DNA of 21,326 bases. Source: Candidatus Hadarchaeum sp. GTDB lineage: Archaea > Hadarchaeota > Hadarchaeia > Hadarchaeales > Hadarchaeaceae. Of this stretch, positions 1-8,641 are shown piece after piece (the first letter of the stretch is position 1; each line of letters starts with the position of its first letter). The stretch spans positions 1-21,326 of the forward strand of contig NZ_JBMFOX010000022.1 in assembly GCF_049969415.1 (NCBI RefSeq), written 5' to 3'. The notes below the pieces were generated by a model. The model saw only the letters and a list, made by a program, of their open reading frames with translations, ran no database searches and was not told the DNA's origin. A program made the translations under genes and the position numbers.

Positions 1-1070
1 CTGTCGAAGATCGGCGCTGCCGAGGTTCTCGTCCATATTTTTTCCCCATCTTTTCTAATCCGTATGATTTCGTATGTTCTGCGCTCGCCCTTCTTCCCTT
101 GGGCCAAATTTTCTTCAAAAATCTTCAGGTGCTCGGGAGCAATGAAGTCCGTTGCGGGCCGGCCGATCATTTCCTCCTTAGAGTAACCGAGCATCCTGCA
201 GAGCTGGTCATTCACGTAGGTCGTGACCCCGTTCTCATCGACAACGCCCAGCCCGTCGTTCATCGTCTCGACGAGCATCCGGTAGCGCTCCTCGCTTATT
301 TTCAGCTCCTCCTCAGCCAACCGTTGCTTTCTTTCCTGCTCCGCCAGCCGGATTATATTATTTTTGGCTTTCTCGACCAGCCGTTTGGTTATCCTGCCGC
401 TCAGCATCGCCAGGAACTCATCCGGCGGGATATAGGTGCAGTTCTCATAGATGTAGCCAGCGATGATAATCCGGGGGTGCGTGTAGATGATGTTGAGCAG
501 GATGTCGGGAGGGAATTTTTTCTCGTTATACAGGCAGATCGCCGCGGTCTTGCTGTTCGGGAAGAAGTAATTCAGCTTGGCCTCGTACTCCACGAGCTTT
601 TCCGCGCCCGGGTTCTTTTTCAAGGCCCAGGTCATTTCCCCCGAGATCCTCAGGCCACGGTAGCCCTCCCGGATGGCCCGTTCCTCGGTCTGCTTGAGCA
701 CGGCTATCATCCGGTCGGGGTCGAAATAACCGCCCTGGAGATAGGTCTCGTCGCTCGACAGCAGCTCAAACTGCTTTGAGGCCAGAGGCTTCTCGAGGTC
801 AATGCCCGCCCTTTGGAGGGCCTGAACCGCTTCCTCCCGGGTGCTTTCGTCGAGGATCCAGATGCATTTCTCGTTGTTCTGGAGACCGCCACGGAAGAAG
901 GGAGCGATGATGGAATACTCTTCGTCTTTATCACGATAAAAGCCGCAGAGGTGCTCTCCGAACGCAATCTTCTCGAAGCCGGTGCTCGAAGGCTGTTCAG
1001 GAATGACTTCGGCAGCCTTCGGCGTCCTTCTGCTCCTCTTGCCTCCGCCCGATTTCTTCACAGGAGCCAC
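1..1070 (-). CDS. MEDS-domain + PAS-domain sensor protein (probable signal-transduction protein/histidine kinase); C-terminus truncated by the window edge
   Basis: Manually translated open frame from GTG 1070 (or GTG 1061) to the edge, absent from the ORF track because it has no stop. MEDS-like: GEHLCGFYRDKDEEY..GLQNNEKC..YLQGGYFDPDRM..GYRGLRISGEMTWAL..LVEYEAKLN..AICLYN..THP. Then a coiled linker (AEEELKISEERYRMLVE) and PAS (MNDGLGVVDENG..YVN..LGYSKEEMIG..RKDGEKIW). Confidence 0.9.
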   Translation of the reverse strand, partial: MAPVKKSGGGKRSRRTPKAAEVIPEQPSSTGFEKIAFGEHLCGFYRDKDEEYSIIAPFFRGGLQNNEKCIWILDESTREEAVQALQRAGIDLEKPLASKQFELLSSDETYLQGGYFDPDRMIAVLKQTEERAIREGYRGLRISGEMTWALKKNPGAEKLVEYEAKLNYFFPNSKTAAICLYNEKKFPPDILLNIIYTHPRIIIAGYIYENCTYIPPDEFLAMLSGRITKRLVEKAKNNIIRLAEQERKQRLAEEELKISEERYRMLVETMNDGLGVVDENGVTTYVNDQLCRMLGYSKEEMIGRPATDFIAPEHLKIFEENLAQGKKGERRTYEIIRIRKDGEKIWTRTSAAPIFD

Positions 1071-1417
1071 GATTTCACTCTTCCTAGGATGATTTAAAAT
1101 TTCTCTCACCAATCTAAAACAACATCAATAAATTTTCTGGATGTTAGATGAAGGACGTGAAAAGCACCCCAAGGAAATAAACGTCAGGATTATCTTTCGG
1201 GCTCCTTTTTCGGGCAGGCAGGAGTATCCTATGTTTGTTCTCGTAAACACCTGCTTGAGGGCGAGGGCAGTTCTGGATCCGGAGGGAGTTTATCCATTCG
1301 ATGTACCCGGATATCCCAAGCTTCGACGTGTTCTCTAAAGTTATTCTGGCCCCCGCCAGCGCGCACTAGAACTGGTCTCTTTCCCCGTTTCTAGCCATCT
1401 TTTCTGAACCAATGGGT

Positions 1418-1493
1418 TGGAGCCGGGGGCCGGATTTGAACCGGCGAATAGCGGGTCTGCAGCCCACCGCCTTAACCGCTTGGCTACCCCGGC
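1418..1493 (-). tRNA. tRNA-Cys (GCA), CCA encoded, no intron
   Basis: Reverse complement GCCGGGGTAGCCAAGCGGTTAAGGCGGTGGGCTGCAGACCCGCTATTCGCCGGTTCAAATCCGGCCCCCGGCTCCA: cloverleaf, GCA anticodon, T-loop TTCAAAT, U73 discriminator typical of tRNA-Cys. Confidence 0.97.
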
Positions 1494-1534
1494 ACGCAAG
1501 ATATTATTCAAACGGTCGATTAATAAGTTTCGTG
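1494..1534. promoter_or_regulatory. Compact divergent promoter region (tRNA-Cys / thiI-like)
   Basis: 41-bp AT-rich spacer with TATA-like elements (ATATTATT ~1501-1508 on +, CTTATTAA ~1520-1527 on -), each about 30 nt upstream of one gene. Confidence 0.5.
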
Positions 1535-2206
1535 ATGATCGTGACAAAAGAAAAGGTCGTCTGTCTGGTCTCTGGCGGCATCGACTCCCCGGTGGCGCTG
1601 GTGCTAGCGGCGAGGTGGTTCGAGGTTCTGCCGCTCCATTTCTGCCTCTACCCTTACACCTGTGAGGATTCCTTCTTGGTCGCGATGAGGGTGCTGGGGG
1701 ACCTCAAAAGGAAGGTCGGCTTCGAGAAGGCAGTCGTCTATCCCTGGTCGCCGGTGCTGCGGCGGATAATGGGGTGGCGGGACAGGAGATACGCCTGCCT
1801 GCTCTGCCGGCGCGGCATGTTTCGGGTGGCAGAGTTGATTTGCCAGCGCGAGGGTGCCGCGGGCATCGTCACCGGTGAGTCGCTGGGGCAGAAGGCCTCG
1901 CAGACGCTCTCCAACCTCTGGGCCACCACGGCGGGGGTGAGGTTCCCGGTGCTGCGCCCGCTGCTGGGGCTGGACAAGGTCGAAATCGAGCAGCTGTCGA
2001 AGCAGTTGGGGATCTGGCACGAGGTCCACGCGGGCTGCTGCTACGCCACACCTAGATATCCTCGAACCCGGGCCAATCCTGCCACGGTCGACTCGCTGTT
2101 CAGGGAGCTTAACTTGGATGATCTCATCAGGGAACAGCTCGGCGAGGCGTTGGAAGTGCGGAGCTTTCAGGAGGAGTTCAGGGCCTTTCTGGAGAAGCTC
2201 ACTTAG
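1535..2206 (+). CDS. thiI: ThiI-family PP-loop sulfurtransferase, catalytic domain only (no NFLD/THUMP)
   Basis: SGGIDSPVA PP-loop, CLLCRR (CxxC), TGESLGQKASQTL, RPLLGLDKVEI, GCC. The ORF-track start at 1412 runs through the tRNA, so the real start is probably ATG 1535 or GTG 1541. Confidence 0.85.
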   Translation: MIVTKEKVVCLVSGGIDSPVALVLAARWFEVLPLHFCLYPYTCEDSFLVAMRVLGDLKRKVGFEKAVVYPWSPVLRRIMGWRDRRYACLLCRRGMFRVAELICQREGAAGIVTGESLGQKASQTLSNLWATTAGVRFPVLRPLLGLDKVEIEQLSKQLGIWHEVHAGCCYATPRYPRTRANPATVDSLFRELNLDDLIREQLGEALEVRSFQEEFRAFLEKLT

Positions 2207-2505
2207 TGGTGCGGCCGGGTTGTCAGCTTCCCAGTTGAAACATCTCTACCAGCAGCTTCCGGAAAGTCTCTATTTCTTTGGCGAGGATTTTTCTAGTTCC
2301 CCTTGCGTCAGCTGACCGGGCAAGGCCCATTATTATCGAGAGACGGATCACTGGGATGGGTTTCCGGCAGCCGAGCCAGCGATCTGCGCCTGCACCACTT
2401 TCCGACCTTGGTTCTGCTCTTCCAGAAACATTTGGTCACATTTTTTTAGCCATTCCCTGCTTTGTTACGTGCACCATCTGGCGGTGTTTGTTTTGTCTTG
2501 GTCTT

Positions 2506-2526
2506 GACATCTCGAGATGTCTCGAG
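2506..2526. repeat. Overlapping palindromes upstream of the aminotransferase
   Basis: Perfect 16-bp palindrome GACATCTCGAGATGTC (2506-2521) overlapping the inverted repeat CTCGAGA-TG-TCTCGAG (2511-2526). Confidence 0.6.
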
Positions 2527-2660
2527 CCCAACCTCCGCGGATGGTCTCAGCACTAAAGAGTTAACTTGGGATTTTTACAAGGAGTAAAGGCTTTTAGGTT
2601 TCGGAAAAAACTTATCAAAGAAAAAGCGGGCGGAACGAAGGGGATGATTGGCTGAAAAAT

Positions 2661-3995
2661 TTGAAAAGACCGGAAATTGTCGTGAGCCCGCCTGGGCCAA
2701 AAGCCAAGGCATTTATTGAGAGAGATCAAGCCGTGAGCTCTCCGTCTCTGACGAGGACCGCCCCGCTGGTGGGAGTGGAAGAAGAGGGAGTGTGGGTGAA
2801 GGACATTGACGGGAACATTTTCTTAGATTTCAGCTCCGGAATTGCGGTAACGAACGTTGGGCACAAACACCCTCAAGTTGTAGAGGCGATTAAACGCCAA
2901 GCTGAGAGGCTGATTTTTGTAAATAGCTGCGACTTTTACACTCTTCCACAGGTCGAACTGATGGAAAAGTTGTGTGAGTTGACCCCAGGCAAGTTCAAAA
3001 AGCGCGTCTTTCTCGGCAACTCTGGCACGGAGGCTATTGAATGCGCGCTGAAGATAGCTCAGTGGCAAACCGGCAACTACTACGTAATCGCCTTCATCGG
3101 CGGTTTCCACGGGAGAACAATGGGATCTCTCGCTCTGACCACGACGAGCGTATCCGCCCGCCGACACTTCAAGGGAATGATGCAGGGTGTCTACCACGTT
3201 CTCTACGCATATTGCTACCGCTGCCCGTTCAAGCAGGAATACCCAAGCTGCGGATTAGCCTGCGTTGAGTTCCTAGAGGAGACCATATTGAGGAAGGTGG
3301 TTCCTCCGGACGATGTCGCCTGCATGGTGGTCGAACCGATACAGGGAGCCGGGGGATACATTGTTCCGCCGGATGATTATCTGCCAGCGCTCGCAAAGCT
3401 CTGCAAGAGGAACAACATAATTTTTGTCGTGGATGAGGTCCAAACCGGATTCTGTAGGACGGGAAAGTGGTGGGCATCCGACCACGTGGGGATAGAGCCG
3501 GACGTGATGACCGTGTCCAAAGCAATGGCGGCTGGGCTTCCATGCGGCGCCGCAATCGCTCGCGCCGAACTTATGGATTGGGATCCAAACGCACACGAAA
3601 ACACGCTGGGCGGTAATCCCATCGTTTGTGAGGCCGCCTTGGCCGTGTTGGATATACTGAAGAAAGAGAAGCTCGATCAAAATGCCGCGAAGGTTGGTGG
3701 TTACCTGATCAAGCGGTTCAGAGAACTCGCCGAGCTCCACGAAATCGTAGGCGACGTTCGCGGGAGGGGTTTGATGATCGGCATAGAGTTCGTGGAAGAC
3801 AGGCGCACAAAGAAACCTGCAAAGAATTTCAGGAATGCGTTGATGGATGAGGCCTTCAAGAACGGACTAATATTACTGGGCGCAGGCGTCTCATCGCTCA
3901 GGATTGCGCCCCCGCTAATACTCACGGAAGAACAAGCAGATGTGGGCTTTGAAATATTTGAAGAGTCACTGAAGAAAGTTGAAAAGGGCAGGTGA
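2661..3995 (+). CDS. Class III PLP-dependent aminotransferase (acetylornithine/ornithine/4-aminobutyrate family)
   Basis: DIDGNIFLDFSSGIAV, NSGTEA, FHGRTMG, EPIQG, DEVQTGFCRTG, PLP lysine in SKAMAAG, NTLGGNP, RGRGLMIG, RIAPPL. TTG start; substrate cannot be assigned. Confidence 0.93.
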   Translation: MKRPEIVVSPPGPKAKAFIERDQAVSSPSLTRTAPLVGVEEEGVWVKDIDGNIFLDFSSGIAVTNVGHKHPQVVEAIKRQAERLIFVNSCDFYTLPQVELMEKLCELTPGKFKKRVFLGNSGTEAIECALKIAQWQTGNYYVIAFIGGFHGRTMGSLALTTTSVSARRHFKGMMQGVYHVLYAYCYRCPFKQEYPSCGLACVEFLEETILRKVVPPDDVACMVVEPIQGAGGYIVPPDDYLPALAKLCKRNNIIFVVDEVQTGFCRTGKWWASDHVGIEPDVMTVSKAMAAGLPCGAAIARAELMDWDPNAHENTLGGNPIVCEAALAVLDILKKEKLDQNAAKVGGYLIKRFRELAELHEIVGDVRGRGLMIGIEFVEDRRTKKPAKNFRNALMDEAFKNGLILLGAGVSSLRIAPPLILTEEQADVGFEIFEESLKKVEKGR

Positions 3996-4311
3996 CACAT
4001 TCTATCTGGGTGAACTGACGCAAGACACGTTTTTCACTGTGGCTCCACGTTTTTGTGGGTTATTCTTCAGGCTAATCACCAACCTTTAGAAAATATTGAA
4101 AAACTACCAACTTCGGGATCCGCATCATCAATCTTCTCGCAATTGGGGCGATGATGCCGATTGTAGTTTTCGTCACTATACTCCGATACAGTTTGAACGA
4201 AGTTCGATGGTTTGGCAGAGCCATTGTCGTGGTGATCAACTCGTAATTTATGAACTCATTCTAGTTCTGCCCGTCGCTTACGCGCTTTTAGGTCAAAGAA
4301 GTGCTTGGGTC

Positions 4312-4485
4312 AGCCGCGCTCTTCCCCGTCTCCGCCCCGCCGTAGAGCATGGCGGCGGCTTTGGCCGGTCATCTCCTTTGCCAAGACTGGATCCAGCTCG
4401 TGATCGTCGAGATCGCCTTTGGTCGCCCCAAGATTTCCTCGCGGCCCTTCAGCTGTTACTTCTCGGCCCAAGGCAGGTTTGACAC
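4312..4485 (-). pseudogene. Decayed 5' fragment of replication factor C large subunit-like AAA+ gene
   Basis: One frame from GTG 4485 reads VSNLPWAEK*QLKGREEILGRPKAISTITSWIQSWQRR*PAKAAAMLYGGAETGKSAA. This resembles the archaeal RFC-L N-terminus (PWxEKYRP..E.G..W..SW..K.ALLYGPPGxGKT), with two in-frame stops and a degenerate Walker A. Confidence 0.75.
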
Positions 4486-4684
4486 GACACCGAGGAAATT
4501 TTGACTGATTTTGGTAAGCCCGACCAATTTTTAGAACTGGTAGGTCCTTTAACAGCTCGAGGTTGTTGGGGCGGTCACGAAAAGATAGCGTTTTTTGAGA
4601 CCAATTTTGCTGTCAACTCCCCAGTTGACGCTGCCCGGAGTGGTTTTTAATGTTGGCGCAAAAACAACCGTCAACCAGATCAAA

Positions 4685-5551
4685 TCATTTTTCTACCATT
4701 TTACGGATTTTCAGATTTAGTCGAGAGAACGGCGGTGTCACTTTTTTACACCCGATTTTTATCTCATGTACCAAGCGGGCTATTTCTGGTAGCAGCTCAA
4801 AGGGGTTCAGGAGATTTTGGGAATATATCTTTGCGTAGGCACTTCCCACGACCACGCCGTCAGCACCCGCTGACATGATGATCTCAACTTGTTCTCTTCT
4901 AGAGATGCCGAAGCCCACCACCACAGGGACAGCGCTACGGGCTTTGATATCGCCGATCCGCTTAAGCGCGGAGTTCGGCCACTTCAGCTTAGCACCCGTA
5001 ACACCCTCGTGACTGATCAGGTAGATGAATCCCGTCGCCACTCTGAGGATGTGCTCAAGTCTCTCTTTTGAGGTGGTGGGGGCAACCTGCAGGAGTAGAT
5101 GGAGGTCTCTTTCAGCGGCCAGCTCCAAATAGGGCCCTGCTTCTTCAAGGGGGAGGTCCGGAATTAAAAGCCCCTGGGCGCCGGCAGCCTTGACCATGTC
5201 GAGGAATTTTTCGAAACCCATCACGTACGGAATGTTGAAATAGGTGGTAACGACAATCGGCGCCTTAACGCCACTCTTTCTCAATTTCGCAATAGCTTCG
5301 ATGCATCGGACGGGCGTTACCCCGGCCTTCAGCGCCCTTTCACAGGCAGCCTGAAAGACCGGACCGTCAGCGGTTGGGTCAGAAAATGGTATGCCCAGCT
5401 CAATGATGTCTGCGCCGTTCTCCACCAGTGTTTCGGCCAATTTCAGTGAAAAATCTTCACAGGGATCTCCATAGTAAAGATGGGCCATGTGAGCACCTTC
5501 CCGTCTGTCCCTGAGCTCTTGGAATTTCGCCTCAAGTGGGTCCATAAGCAT
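4685..5551 (-). CDS. trpA: Tryptophan synthase alpha subunit
   Basis: GDP, IIELGIPFSDPTADGP (catalytic E and D), TYFN, IPDLPLEE, APTT, GVTG, VGFGIS, ADGVVVGSA. Overlaps the trpB 3' end; start may be ATG 5545. Confidence 0.95.
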   Translation of the reverse strand: MLMDPLEAKFQELRDRREGAHMAHLYYGDPCEDFSLKLAETLVENGADIIELGIPFSDPTADGPVFQAACERALKAGVTPVRCIEAIAKLRKSGVKAPIVVTTYFNIPYVMGFEKFLDMVKAAGAQGLLIPDLPLEEAGPYLELAAERDLHLLLQVAPTTSKERLEHILRVATGFIYLISHEGVTGAKLKWPNSALKRIGDIKARSAVPVVVGFGISRREQVEIIMSAGADGVVVGSAYAKIYSQNLLNPFELLPEIARLVHEIKIGCKKVTPPFSRLNLKIRKMVEK

Positions 5552-6707
5552 ACCTCAGTATTGTTTCGATGTCCTTGTCCCCCCTCCCGGAATAATTGAT
5601 GACAACGATGTCGTCGGGATTGAACTCCTCGGGATGCCTTAGCACGTAGGCCACGGCGTGGGCAGTTTCCAGCGCAGGGATAAGCCCTTCGCTTTTACAC
5701 ATCAGGCGCACGGCCTCAAAGACATCGCTGTCAAGGGCATAGCCCGTCTTCACCCTGCCGGTTTCACAGAGGTGGGAAAGCTCAGGGCCCCTTCCTGGAT
5801 AGTTTAACCCTGCCGCTCGCGTTCTCGAGGGCCTGATCTGACCCCATTCGTCCTGCATCACTATCGTCAGGCTTCCGTGGAGCACCCCAGGTCCGCCGAG
5901 CTCGAAAGCTGCGGCACTATTTTCAGCGCCCAAGCTTTCACCACCTCCCTCAACGAAATAGAGCCTGACTTCGCGCTCCTCCATGAAGGGCCTGAAAGCA
6001 CCCAGGGCGTTGCTCCCGCCGCTTCCACAGGCAACTATAGCGTCGGGGAGCCTGCCCTCCTTTTCAAATATTTGTCTTTTAAGTTCTCGACCTATGACGC
6101 TCTGAAATGTCGCCACAATGGTGGGGAAGGGATGCGGTCCCACGGTGGAGCCCATGAGATAATGGGTCGTTCTTGAGCAGGCAGCCCACTCACGAAGGGT
6201 CTCCGAAACGGAATCCTTGAGAACCCCAGCCCCGGTCTTCACCGGCCTGATTTTTGCGCCGAGGAGCTTCATCTTCTCAACGTTCGGTGCCTGTCGCTCG
6301 ATGTCCTTGATGCCCATGAATATTTCAGTTTTGAGGCCGCATACATTGCCAGCCATAACTGTGGCCAAGCCATGCTGCCCAGCGGCCGTTTCAGTGATCA
6401 GGCGTTTCTTTCCCATCTTCTTAGCCAGGAGTGCCTGACCCAGAGCATTGTTGAGCTTGTGCGACCCCCCACAGAGCAAGTCTTCCCGCTTGAGGTAAAC
6501 CTTGAATCCCACCCGTCTGCTGAAGTTCCTCGCGTAGTAGAGCGGCGTAGGCCTGCCGCCGTAATCCCTCAGGAGTTCTTGGAGTTCCTCCTGAAACTCC
6601 TCTGTTGGGTAAATGCGAGCGAAGGTCTCCTCAAGCTCAAGCAGCGCATGAACGAGGATCTCGCTGACGTACATTCCACCGTATCTGCCGAACCTACCCC
6701 TCTGCAC
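5532..6707 (-). CDS. trpB: Tryptophan synthase beta subunit (TrpB1 type, divergent)
   Basis: FGRYGG, GRPTPL, LKREDL..GSHKLNN (PLP Lys), GQHG, GPHPFP, GGSNA, EGLIPALE, SGRGDKD. GTG start with AGGTGAT RBS. Confidence 0.96.
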   Translation of the reverse strand: MQRGRFGRYGGMYVSEILVHALLELEETFARIYPTEEFQEELQELLRDYGGRPTPLYYARNFSRRVGFKVYLKREDLLCGGSHKLNNALGQALLAKKMGKKRLITETAAGQHGLATVMAGNVCGLKTEIFMGIKDIERQAPNVEKMKLLGAKIRPVKTGAGVLKDSVSETLREWAACSRTTHYLMGSTVGPHPFPTIVATFQSVIGRELKRQIFEKEGRLPDAIVACGSGGSNALGAFRPFMEEREVRLYFVEGGGESLGAENSAAAFELGGPGVLHGSLTIVMQDEWGQIRPSRTRAAGLNYPGRGPELSHLCETGRVKTGYALDSDVFEAVRLMCKSEGLIPALETAHAVAYVLRHPEEFNPDDIVVINYSGRGDKDIETILRYAYGPT

Positions 6708-6793
6708 AGTTTATCACCTTGTCTCCTACGAGAACCATCATCTTCACATCGGAAAGTTTCATCAGCAAACCCGTCATCCCGCTCCTTTTCGCC

Positions 6794-7600
6794 TCATTTC
6801 CTGTAGGCCATCACGAGTTCCCTGACCTTCTTCTCAATGTTTTCAGCTCTCATTATCGCCGACCCCACCAAGTAGGCCCTAGCTCCACACTCTCCGAGGA
6901 AGCGTATGTCTGCGGGATTGTGGATACCGCTTTCGCTGACCACAATTCTATCCCCGAAGTCCGTCGTGCCTAGGACTCTCCGTGTGATTTCCAAGTTCAC
7001 CTCTAATGTGGTCAGATCCCGATTGTTTACTCCTACTAGGTCAGCGTCTGTATTCAGCGCTGCCCTGAATTCATCAGCGGTGTGGGTTTCGAGCAGGACC
7101 TCCAATCCTACGGAGTGGGCCCGTTTGATCATCCCATCCAAGGTGTGGTGCAGCATCCCTCTGGAAAAGACGGAATGGATCAGAAGAAGGGCATCGGCCC
7201 CGAGTTTAGTAGCGGCCTCTATTTGAATGGGGTCGACGATTATATCCTTCATCAGAACCGGGAGGCTCACAGCTCTTTTAACCTCAGCCAGCCTGGCCAG
7301 TGAGCCTCCGAAATGTTTGGGCTCGGTGAGCACGGATATTCCCACCGCCCCCCCTGCCTCCATACTTTTGGCAACTTCACCCGTGTCGGTGATACACCTT
7401 AAGCTCCCGAAGGAAGGAGACATCTGCTTAATCTCCGCGATGATGGGGGCATCACTGCACTTGGCTATTGAATCCTTCAGGCTAGTTCTCTTGGTGGCCC
7501 CACTGAAGTCTGTCCAATAGTATCCGCTGCGGACCCTTCCCAGCGCCTCTAGAATGAGTATTTCTAGGAAGTCAGCTGTATTTTTTCTCAAGCTCCTCAA
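6794..7600 (-). CDS. trpC: Indole-3-glycerol phosphate synthase
   Basis: IIAEIK..SPS.G, ISVLTEP..F.GS, LMKD, LLE, GVNNRDL, VSESGI, LVGSAIM. Start uncertain (TTG 7600 or 7591). Confidence 0.95.
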   Translation of the reverse strand: MRSLRKNTADFLEILILEALGRVRSGYYWTDFSGATKRTSLKDSIAKCSDAPIIAEIKQMSPSFGSLRCITDTGEVAKSMEAGGAVGISVLTEPKHFGGSLARLAEVKRAVSLPVLMKDIIVDPIQIEAATKLGADALLLIHSVFSRGMLHHTLDGMIKRAHSVGLEVLLETHTADEFRAALNTDADLVGVNNRDLTTLEVNLEITRRVLGTTDFGDRIVVSESGIHNPADIRFLGECGARAYLVGSAIMRAENIEKKVRELVMAYRK

Positions 7601-8636
7601 GCCTCCCGAGATAGTTTCTGTTGTATAGTTTCACCAGTTCCTTAAGCTTTCTGTATGCAGCCCCGCTTTCAATCGATTCATTCGCAAGCTCTAAGCCGCC
7701 GGCAAAGTCATCGGCCTTGCCCCCCACGATGATTCCAGCCGCGGCGTTGATGGTCACGAGATTTCTCTTCGGGTCGCCGTCTCTGAGGCATCCATGGAGT
7801 ATCCTGAAAACCGTCTCGGCGTTTTCCATCGGGGATGCTCCGGACACATCCTCAGCGGCGGCCTTCTTCACTCCGAGTTGTTTTGGGGTGATGGTGAAGA
7901 TTTTGATTTCCCCTTCCCTCAACCATGCTATTCTGGTTTTTCCGATAATTGATATTTCGTCCAGTCCGTCAAGCCCATGGACCACCATCGCCTCCTTGAG
8001 ACCAAGCTCCCTGAGCACTAGGGCGATCCTCTCAACGAGATCATTGCTGCAGACGCCTATCACCTGGGCGTCGGGTAAGGCCGGATTTGTCAGCGGGCCA
8101 AGAAGATTGAAGACGGTTCTTATACCCATTTCTTTTCTGGGTCCGGCAGCGTATTTCATGGCTGGGTGAAAGAGCGGCGCGAACAGAAAGCCTATCCCAA
8201 TCTGTTCAACAGCCTTCCAGACGACCCCGTGGGACACGTTAAGATTCAGGCCCAAGCACTCAAGCACATCGGCGCTGCCGCTCTTGCTGGTCACCGAACG
8301 GTTCCCATGTTTTGCCACAGGCACCCCTGCCCCTGCAATCACGAAAGCAGCCGCGGTGCTAACGTTAAAGGTTTTGATTCGGTCTCCTCCCGTTCCACAC
8401 GTGTCCACCAGATGACCGCATGTCCTCGGTCTTGCTCTTTGACAGAAGCATCTCATAGCCATGGCAAAGGATGTGATCTCCTCTACTGTTTCGCTTTTCA
8501 TCCGGAGGGCGGTGAGAAAGGCAGCGATTTGTGCAGGTGTAGCCGAGCCGGACATTATCTCCATCATCGACTCGAAAGCCTCGTGGCGGGTGAGGTCTTC
8601 TCCGTTCACCAGTTTTTCAATGGCTTCCCGTATCAT
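7572..8636 (-). CDS. trpD: Anthranilate phosphoribosyltransferase
   Basis: DTCGTGGD, FNVST, KHGNRSVTSKSGSAD, FAPLFHPAM, RTVFNLLGPLTNP, GLDEIS. ATG 8636 follows GGAGGTGA; GTG 8645 is an alternative start. Confidence 0.97.
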   Translation of the reverse strand: MIREAIEKLVNGEDLTRHEAFESMMEIMSGSATPAQIAAFLTALRMKSETVEEITSFAMAMRCFCQRARPRTCGHLVDTCGTGGDRIKTFNVSTAAAFVIAGAGVPVAKHGNRSVTSKSGSADVLECLGLNLNVSHGVVWKAVEQIGIGFLFAPLFHPAMKYAAGPRKEMGIRTVFNLLGPLTNPALPDAQVIGVCSNDLVERIALVLRELGLKEAMVVHGLDGLDEISIIGKTRIAWLREGEIKIFTITPKQLGVKKAAAEDVSGASPMENAETVFRILHGCLRDGDPKRNLVTINAAAGIIVGGKADDFAGGLELANESIESGAAYRKLKELVKLYNRNYLGRLEELEKKYS

Positions 8637-8641
8637 CTCCG

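Noticed and set aside
99-1097. Plus-strand ORFs 99..779 and 813..1097
   Set aside because: Antisense shadows of the MEDS-PAS gene.
1412-1534. N-terminal extension of the ThiI ORF, and ORFs 1341..1547 and 1417..1665
   Set aside because: They run through tRNA-Cys and show no protein-like features.
2207-2560. Short ORFs between thiI and the aminotransferase; likewise 10765..10953 and 16699..16986
   Set aside because: No recognisable motifs or RBS, so they cannot be supported as genes.
4369-4458. Stop-codon recoding in the RFC-like frame
   Set aside because: Two different stops (TAA, TGA), a broken Walker A and truncation indicate decay; both codons end normal genes in this window.
4096-4482. 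128-aa plus-strand ORF
   Set aside because: No motifs; the opposite strand is better explained by the RFC-L relic.
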